This document shows, one piece after another, positions 36,492 through 42,868 of a stretch of DNA of 42,868 nt. The notes under the pieces were generated by a model. The model saw only the letters and a list, made by a program, of their open reading frames with translations. It had not been told where the DNA came from and ran no database searches. Each line of letters starts with the position of its first letter. Position 1 is the stretch's first letter. Origin of the DNA: Planctomycetota bacterium (GTDB lineage: Bacteria > Planctomycetota > GCA-002687715 > DRQF01). The stretch spans positions 1 to 42,868 of the forward strand of contig JALTLO010000138.1 in NCBI GenBank assembly GCA_027001995.1. Direction: 5' to 3'. The translations under genes were made by a program, and so were the position numbers.

Positions 36492-39077
36492 CTATTCGAG
36501 AATCAACCAAACGACGCGGCCCGGAGGCATGGTGATTTTGAATTCATAGCTGCCTCGACCGTTATAGTCCGGTAGGGGCGTTTCGCTTCCGTCCAGACAA
36601 TCAATGAGATAAACCCGACGAGGTTGATCGCCCAGATCTGGATAGTCCTCTGTAGTGAGTGTTTCTTCCCAAATCTCTGTGGCATTGATGAAACCACCTT
36701 CCTTGATGGTTTGGGTCCAATTACCACAATTGAATCCCAGCCGATTTTCATCTCGATCGTACCACCCCTGGGCATAGATGAACTCTTTTTGGATGGTTGG
36801 AGTGCCAACACGTTCGTCAATCTTACGACGCACGACGCTCGTTCTTTGCATTTCATGAAGACGTTTCGATGTATGAAATCTCTTCACCAACTCCTGTTGC
36901 GTCCACCAACATCGTCGAAGAAATTCATAGTGAGGAATGGCATCCCTAAACCACAAGTTGTAGTCCGGTTCTCCAGGCTTGGCGATGAAATACTCGTTGG
37001 GGCGGAGATCAAAAAATGCCTGCACTGGCATCATATGTCCACCCATGAGCCAATAGAGGAAGATACCGTTCAGCGATTCCGTCCGGCTAATAAATCCTGG
37101 GACCTCCAAGAGAAGGTCCTTGCTTGCTCCACGGCCGAATCCATGGAATGTGGAGTGCTTGACATACTCCCCGAATTGAGCGGAAGGGCCAAATACCTGA
37201 GTGGAATCCACTCCTTTCACGCCAACAGAATCCCAAGTCACAATGTCCGCTTCCCCGATGGAGAATTCAGAAGGCCATTCATGGACTATGATCGTTTCCT
37301 CCCCAGCCATTTCTTGGCGCAAGAGTCCAGAGATACTCCGGTTGGCCATGGTCCAGGTCTTCGATCCCACACCACGATCGTCTGGCGAGAGGGCCGGATT
37401 GTCGTTCGGGGGTGGCCCATCAGCACCACCACGGTCAATGTAAAGTCCAGCCAAATTCAGACCGTCAAACTGCCGGGCAATAAACCGAGCATACTCACGA
37501 TTATTCGCTGCATTCGTCCAATCAACGTAGGGATAGAGAGTCCCACCAGATCTTGCAGGAATAGAAACATGTTCCGACTCCAACGGCTCCAAGGACGACG
37601 GGAGGTTGGGTTGATCCTGTAGAACATAATTCGACCGAGTAAGGGGCAAATCGTCCATAATGCCAAGTCGCGGTGTTACTCCACTCAGAGAACTCTTGTC
37701 ATTGTAGATAGGAATGGTGTAAATGATGACACTCAGATCTTCTTCCCAAGCTCGCTGAATATTCTTGATCGCGCTCTTTGTGAGAGGCCCATAGATCGGC
37801 GCTGACTCTCCTAAGTCCCCAGGGCCTGTGCCGTACCAGATGCTTCCTACAGAGCCCGGCCCGCCCCGAAAGAAATCCTTAATGCGCAGGCATTGCTCCA
37901 GATACTTGGAGAAGTCGAAGCCGAAGAAACCACCAAAGTTTGGAGCAAAACACACCATCTGCTTTGCCTTCTTCGGGAAGTTGTTGCTGGCGTTGATTCG
38001 CCCTCGGGCGAATGCCGGATGGCCCTGCTCCATTTTCCTCTTGGTGTCATAGTCCAAAGCATGATTCCAATCGCCACGCATGGGCCGAAGCTCGACACCA
38101 TAGTCAAAAACACTATCGGAATTGTGATCAACCCCCACAGAGTTGTCTTGAGGAATAAAACAGATCTTGAAAATGATCTCATGAGTATCAGGGTCACGGG
38201 AGATGGAAAATGTCTTTCCTTGCCCAGCAATATCATCCGTGCGAATCAATAGGCCCTCTAACGTTTCATGGTCCCAGAAGTAAAAACACTGAGACATGGA
38301 AGATGCATTGGGCGTGATTCCTCGGGAAGGCTCATCATACTTAATGATCCCCATGTCGTCGCTTGGATTGAGGAAACTGGCAGCAGCGTTGCCGCCACGT
38401 CTCGAGGCCGCAGGGTGCATGCCCACAATGGGGTTTCCGATTGGAATCTCAACATCATCCATCCAGGACACGACATAAGGAACGACCCCGGAGAGCATCA
38501 CGCGGCAATTGGCAGGATCACCCCTTCCTGGTGGTTTGATACGAAACTGAAGTGAACAGAAATGAAAACCGTGGGCAGCACTGAATCGAGGCCGCATGGC
38601 AATACTCGGCCGAATGCGCATGCTCCCATTCTTGTGGTCGGCTATGCAATCGAGGTCGTAATCGAAAATATCGACGCCACCGGGAGAACCAATATGGCTG
38701 TTGAGCTTTGAGCGGATATGAATATTGTCGCCATCAAAAAAGGAGCCATCGTTGGCAAAGAGTTCAGTGCCCCACTCGGCGAAAGTACGGTCGCCGGTAG
38801 GTTGCGAGACTGTCTCCACCGTTCCGATGCGTTCTTCGCCAAATTCGATGGTTACGCCGTTGGCTGTCATCGAGCGGAAATAAAATCCCAACGGCAAGAA
38901 ATAGTCTTTGCCGTTGTTGGATTGAGAAAAACGATGCTGAGGAGCCGACGGCGCTGCTTGTTGAATTTCCCAAACAAGGATCAAGCCGGAGTGGGACGAA
39001 GATGAGAGAGGTTTCTTGGCGTAAACCGCTGATACGAGGGTGGTGAAGACCACAAGGATCAACTTCAATCTCATCAT
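36492..39077 (-). CDS. Large secreted hypothetical protein, possibly glycoside hydrolase-like
   Basis: 861-aa ORF with signal peptide (VYA-K); RGDWNHALDY and GLYID segments; C-terminal beta-rich tail. Confidence 0.7.
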   Translation of the reverse strand: MMRLKLILVVFTTLVSAVYAKKPLSSSSHSGLILVWEIQQAAPSAPQHRFSQSNNGKDYFLPLGFYFRSMTANGVTIEFGEERIGTVETVSQPTGDRTFAEWGTELFANDGSFFDGDNIHIRSKLNSHIGSPGGVDIFDYDLDCIADHKNGSMRIRPSIAMRPRFSAAHGFHFCSLQFRIKPPGRGDPANCRVMLSGVVPYVVSWMDDVEIPIGNPIVGMHPAASRRGGNAAASFLNPSDDMGIIKYDEPSRGITPNASSMSQCFYFWDHETLEGLLIRTDDIAGQGKTFSISRDPDTHEIIFKICFIPQDNSVGVDHNSDSVFDYGVELRPMRGDWNHALDYDTKRKMEQGHPAFARGRINASNNFPKKAKQMVCFAPNFGGFFGFDFSKYLEQCLRIKDFFRGGPGSVGSIWYGTGPGDLGESAPIYGPLTKSAIKNIQRAWEEDLSVIIYTIPIYNDKSSLSGVTPRLGIMDDLPLTRSNYVLQDQPNLPSSLEPLESEHVSIPARSGGTLYPYVDWTNAANNREYARFIARQFDGLNLAGLYIDRGGADGPPPNDNPALSPDDRGVGSKTWTMANRSISGLLRQEMAGEETIIVHEWPSEFSIGEADIVTWDSVGVKGVDSTQVFGPSAQFGEYVKHSTFHGFGRGASKDLLLEVPGFISRTESLNGIFLYWLMGGHMMPVQAFFDLRPNEYFIAKPGEPDYNLWFRDAIPHYEFLRRCWWTQQELVKRFHTSKRLHEMQRTSVVRRKIDERVGTPTIQKEFIYAQGWYDRDENRLGFNCGNWTQTIKEGGFINATEIWEETLTTEDYPDLGDQPRRVYLIDCLDGSETPLPDYNGRGSYEFKITMPPGRVVWLILE

Positions 39078-39208
39078 GCTCGCTTAACCTCAAAGTGGTT
39101 TCACTTGCGCAATACGCCAAAGGAGCTCGATTGCAATCGGTGGAGTGATGGCGAACGTGCTTGCTCTTGTTGGTCGATGCTGAATAGGAGTTGGCAACTC
39201 CCCACCCG

Positions 39209-39237
39209 GTATCGACATCCCCCAGAAGTTTCCTTAG
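39209..39237 (-). promoter_or_regulatory. Sigma28-like promoter upstream of the 861-aa gene
   Basis: Minus strand reads CTAAG-N16-GTCGATAC. Confidence 0.4.
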
Positions 39238-39331
39238 AAAATCCTTAACTCAGGTCGTTCATGACCTTTGATCGATGCCAAAACTTCTTGGATGCCGACT
39301 GGCGAGTTTTTTTCAACACTTTGAATAGAAC

Positions 39332-39440
39332 GCGCCCGTCAAGGATACGATCCCGCTCTCCTTCTTGGGAGCCTTAGGTTCGTTCATGACGGGCGCTGGT
39401 AAGCAGTGGCACTTTTCCTGGGGAAGGTACTGCCTGCCAC
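39332..39440. other. Unassigned structured intergenic element (two hairpins)
   Basis: GCGCCCGTCA (39332-39341) / TGACGGGCGC (39387-39396) encloses further pairing. A second hairpin is GCAGT..ACTTTTCC / GGGAAGGT-ACTGC (39403-39433). Confidence 0.4.
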
Positions 39441-39448
39441 ACTTGGGC

Positions 39449-40747
39449 TTAGTTTTCGTAGAGCGGGAATCGCTGGCACAGAGCTTGAACTTCGCCACGG
39501 ACCTCCGCAGAGATTCCTTCGTCATCCGGGTTGCAAATAACCCGGTCGATTAAATCAACCAACGCCACAAAGTCTTCCTCTTTAAGACCGCGTGTTGTCA
39601 TAGCCGGTGTTCCGAGGCGGATGCCACTGGTCACCATGGGACTGCGATCATCGAATGGAACCATGTTTTTGTTGGTGGTGATATCCGCTTCTCCCAGGAT
39701 ACGTTCAGCCTTCTTGCCACTGATCCCCTTGTTGCGCAGATCAATCAGAACCAGATGGTTGTCTGTACCATTGGAAACCAAATTGTAGTCCTTGGCGATG
39801 AAAGCATCGGCCATCGCTTTGGCGTTGGCGCGCACTTGCTTGGCATAAGCAGCAAATTCTGGTTTCAGGGCTTCGCCAAATGCTACGGCCTTCGCGGCGA
39901 TGACGTGCATCAACGGGCCACCTTGTGTTCCAGGAAAGACCGCTGAATCAAGAAGCTCGGACATCTTCTTGACTCGTCCACTCTTGGCCGCCACTTTGCC
40001 GAATGGATTGTCAAAGTCTTTACCAATCAAGATCATGCCACCACGGGGACCCCGCAGGGTTTTGTGAGTAGTGGTGGTGACGATGTGACAATGCGGCATG
40101 GGATCATTGAGTTCACCACTGGCAATCAGTCCTGCGGTGTGAGCCATGTCCATCCACAACAAAGCCCCTACCTCGTCGGCGATGGCCCGAAAACGCTGAT
40201 AGTCAAAATCGCGCACGTAGGCACTGGCGCCGATGGAGATTAACTTGGGACGAACTTCACGGGCACGTTCGGCAAGTTTGTCCATGTCGATTCGCCCAGC
40301 CAAAGGTCCGGACTTCTCAACGCCGTAGAACTGAGCGTTGTAGAGGATGCCGGAGAAGTTCACCGGGCTCCCATGAGTGAGGTGGCCGCCATGGGACAGA
40401 TCGAGGCCAAGGAGTGTGTCACCTGGCTTCAAAACAGCCAAATAAACCGCAGCATTGGCTGAAGCTCCTGAATGTGGCTGTACGTTGACCCATTCACAGC
40501 CATAAAGCTTCTTTGCTCGGTCTCTGGCTAAGTCTTCTGCCTCGTCCACAAAACCACAACCACCGTAGTAGCGCTTCCCTGGCAGCCCTTCTGCATATTT
40601 ATTCGTCAAGATGCTGCCCTGCGCTTCCATCACAGCCCGGCTCACGAAGTTCTCGGAAGCGATAAGTTCGACTCCGTCGTTCTGCCGCGCAAGTTCCTTT
40701 TGAACCATCTCGAATAATTCTGGATCTGCTTTGCTCAATTCACTCAT
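39449..40747 (-). CDS. glyA: Serine hydroxymethyltransferase
   Basis: [45 protein letters not shown] and SGIRLGTPA motifs. Confidence 0.98.
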   Translation of the reverse strand: MSELSKADPELFEMVQKELARQNDGVELIASENFVSRAVMEAQGSILTNKYAEGLPGKRYYGGCGFVDEAEDLARDRAKKLYGCEWVNVQPHSGASANAAVYLAVLKPGDTLLGLDLSHGGHLTHGSPVNFSGILYNAQFYGVEKSGPLAGRIDMDKLAERAREVRPKLISIGASAYVRDFDYQRFRAIADEVGALLWMDMAHTAGLIASGELNDPMPHCHIVTTTTHKTLRGPRGGMILIGKDFDNPFGKVAAKSGRVKKMSELLDSAVFPGTQGGPLMHVIAAKAVAFGEALKPEFAAYAKQVRANAKAMADAFIAKDYNLVSNGTDNHLVLIDLRNKGISGKKAERILGEADITTNKNMVPFDDRSPMVTSGIRLGTPAMTTRGLKEEDFVALVDLIDRVICNPDDEGISAEVRGEVQALCQRFPLYEN

Positions 40748-40818
40748 CTTCTTTACTCACTTGGACTTGGCGACATTTTGACGATTCGCATTCGCGTTCT
40801 CACTTGGGAGGATTTGGC

Positions 40819-40847
40819 TCAAGAAAGAACACCCTTGCGAACGATAA
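40819..40847 (+). promoter_or_regulatory. Sigma28-like promoter upstream of the glycosyltransferase gene
   Basis: TCAAG-N16-AACGATAA, with the same spacing as the other two copies. Confidence 0.3.
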
Positions 40848-40863
40848 ATATGAAAGGGAATTC

Positions 40864-42868
40864 ATGCACAGCCACCCAGAGGCCCCCAGAGCACACGAGG
40901 TCGAAACAATGACAATTGTCGAAGATAGTATCGGCTCTGCATCGCAGAGCCAAGCTCAAGCCATCACTCTTGAGACGGAGGCAAAGACACGTTTCCTGTT
41001 CTTAGGAGGTACAGATGAATCTTGCGGTGCTCATATAGTCATAGACAGCTTCAAAAGGGCATTCTGCGCTTCAGACGATGTAGCTCTCATCGTTGGCTCC
41101 GGCCCGAAATCTTCAAAAAAAGTCGACGTGGCGTGGCTGGCAAAGTCCTTCAACAACGAATTCGACCCAAACGCCGAGTTGATCGACCTCAATCCCACCT
41201 CGGCCCAACTCGACCAGCTCCTGCTTCAATGCCAGTTTCTGATATGCATGGGGGCGCAAGCCCAAGATTCACCCCTGGTGAGCCAAGCCGTCGCTGGTGG
41301 TGTTCCCGTCATTTTCCCAGAATCGTGCACAAACATCATTGGCTTGGATCATTCCACCGCTTACCCGGTTATGACAGGAACTGTCGCCGAAGCCGAAAAC
41401 GAAAAAGACGGCCCCGTACACCCCCAAGATTTGGCTGGAGTCCTCAGGCGCGTGGTGGCAGAGCCTAACGAAGTGGCAAGAAAAAGTCGTTTAGCCCAGG
41501 CTCGAGTCACGGGTGACAAGAGTCATCAAACCACTCTGCCCCAAAACGAAGAACTACCCCCCATCCCATCTAAAACCGGAATCTGTTGGGGGGCCGCCGC
41601 ATTCAACTATTCGGGTTACGCCAAAGTAACGCGAACAGTTCTCAGCTCGATGCATCGCCATAGAGCGAACTACGGCTTCCACACCCACGGTGGAGATAGA
41701 AAGTTCGTCGAGGAGCTCAAGCAGAATCCCCGAGAATTCGAGTACTGGGATCGCGTCACCAGACACCAAAACAATGACGGAATTTACTGTGCATTCCATC
41801 CTCCCATCCGTTTGGATGGCCAAAGCCTCTATCGGGCTATCACCCTCGAAAACCAATCCCTCAAAGGACTAGCTGCATTCACCATGTTCGAAACAGACCG
41901 TCTGCCACAGGGGTGGGCAGCGGAATGCAATGCCGCGGACGAAGTCTGGGTCCCTTGCCAATTCAACATCGATTCGTTCACCAAAGGTGGCGTTGATCCT
42001 CGCAAGCTGAAGAAACTACAATTGGGAATCGACGCTTCCCCATTTGTGAGCAAGCAACCAATCTATGAGATCTCAGAAAGGCGAGGATTCAACTTTCTGA
42101 GCATTTTCGACTGGGCCTTACGGAAAGGCTGGGATGTTCTCTTGCGCTCCTATTGTGCGGCGTTCACCGCCGACGATGACGTAAGTTTGACTCTCCGTGC
42201 TTATCCGGCCATCACCGATCAATTGCCTATTCGGACGCAGATCGACAATTTCATGCGTCGCGAAGGAATCGATCCTTCCCGGGCACCCAAGATCATTCTC
42301 ATTGACCGCTTCGTTTCTGAAGCTGAAATGGCGTCCCTTTATCAGGCTGCGGATGCCTTCGTTTTGCCCTCCCGAGGAGAAGGATGGGGACTTCCCTATA
42401 TGGAGGCCATGGCCTCCGGTCTCCCAACCATCGGCACCCGATGGAGCGGGCAACTCGAGTTCATGCACGACCAGAACAGCCTTCTTATCGACTTAGAAGG
42501 TCTCGTGCCGGTTTTCCCAGAGCAAACCAGACTCTCAAAGTTCTATGAATCTCATCATCTTTGGGCCCAACCCAGCACATGTCACCTCAAGGAGATCATG
42601 CGCAACTTGGTGGCCAACCCTGCCCGCGGTCGAGAACTCGGCAAACAAGCCCAAGAAGATGTCTGCACAATCTGGACAGCAGACAAAATGATGAATCGCC
42701 TCTACCAACTGGTGGACGGGCTAAGCGATCGACTTTCAAGATCCGGAACACCACCCGTGCTCGGGAAACTCAAGAATCCTCAGGCCCCAGTGCCCTCCGT
42801 CGCCTGGACAGGGCCCATCTACGACGCCAGTGGCTATGCCGACGAAGGGCGAAACTTCCTTCACGCCA
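40864..42868 (+). CDS. Multidomain GT4 (GT-B) glycosyltransferase (3' end runs off the window)
   Basis: Not in the ORF track. Frame from ATG 40864 (alternative 40909) with no stop found before the window end. Contains FNYSGYAK, TMFETDRLP..W...CN..DEVWVP, RKGWDVLL and LPSRGEGWGLPYMEAMASGLP, and a further domain starts at GPIYDASGYADEGR. Confidence 0.9.
   Translation, partial: MHSHPEAPRAHEVETMTIVEDSIGSASQSQAQAITLETEAKTRFLFLGGTDESCGAHIVIDSFKRAFCASDDVALIVGSGPKSSKKVDVAWLAKSFNNEFDPNAELIDLNPTSAQLDQLLLQCQFLICMGAQAQDSPLVSQAVAGGVPVIFPESCTNIIGLDHSTAYPVMTGTVAEAENEKDGPVHPQDLAGVLRRVVAEPNEVARKSRLAQARVTGDKSHQTTLPQNEELPPIPSKTGICWGAAAFNYSGYAKVTRTVLSSMHRHRANYGFHTHGGDRKFVEELKQNPREFEYWDRVTRHQNNDGIYCAFHPPIRLDGQSLYRAITLENQSLKGLAAFTMFETDRLPQGWAAECNAADEVWVPCQFNIDSFTKGGVDPRKLKKLQLGIDASPFVSKQPIYEISERRGFNFLSIFDWALRKGWDVLLRSYCAAFTADDDVSLTLRAYPAITDQLPIRTQIDNFMRREGIDPSRAPKIILIDRFVSEAEMASLYQAADAFVLPSRGEGWGLPYMEAMASGLPTIGTRWSGQLEFMHDQNSLLIDLEGLVPVFPEQTRLSKFYESHHLWAQPSTCHLKEIMRNLVANPARGRELGKQAQEDVCTIWTADKMMNRLYQLVDGLSDRLSRSGTPPVLGKLKNPQAPVPSVAWTGPIYDASGYADEGRNFLHA

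Noticed and set aside
36624..37622. 332-aa plus-strand ORF
   Set aside because: Fully antisense to the 861-aa gene, with no recognisable motifs.
39290..39448. ZTP or cobalamin riboswitch near glyA (GACTGGCG, GGGAAGG, CTTGGGC words)
   Set aside because: It lies downstream of and antisense to glyA, and the P1/pseudoknot or B12-box architecture cannot be built.

Overview
Bacterial chromosomal window, most likely from an uncultured Planctomycetota lineage. This assignment is inferred from the kdsB-pyrG-DUF1844 order, ECF sigma factors, secreted FG-GAP proteins and sulfotransferases. Housekeeping genes (kdsB, pyrG, pta, glyA) are interspersed with accessory genes: two ECF sigma modules, a GntR/YtrA-ABC operon broken by a deletion, a decayed ISL3 element, two FG-GAP surface proteins, SulP, a GHL10 + CBM9-like lipoprotein pair, a GGDEF-EAL protein, two sulfotransferases, a split AtuA-like pair coupled to pta, and a multidomain GT4 glycosyltransferase. 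The strongest hidden signal is that ORFs 5419..6294 and 6310..6636 are one gene. An in-frame TGA (6292-6294) sits at the first Cys position of a thioredoxin/TlpA motif (W-U-G-P-C) and is followed by a SECIS-like hairpin, pointing to a 405-aa exported selenoprotein. Other leads are a shared C-terminal 'SN' domain on the secreted FG-GAP proteins, an anti-sigma-like/VWA fusion behind an ECF sigma factor, a recurring sigma28-like promoter motif, and an unexplained structured element downstream of glyA. No CRISPR array, tRNA or rRNA was seen. All family assignments come from motif recognition by eye, not database searches.
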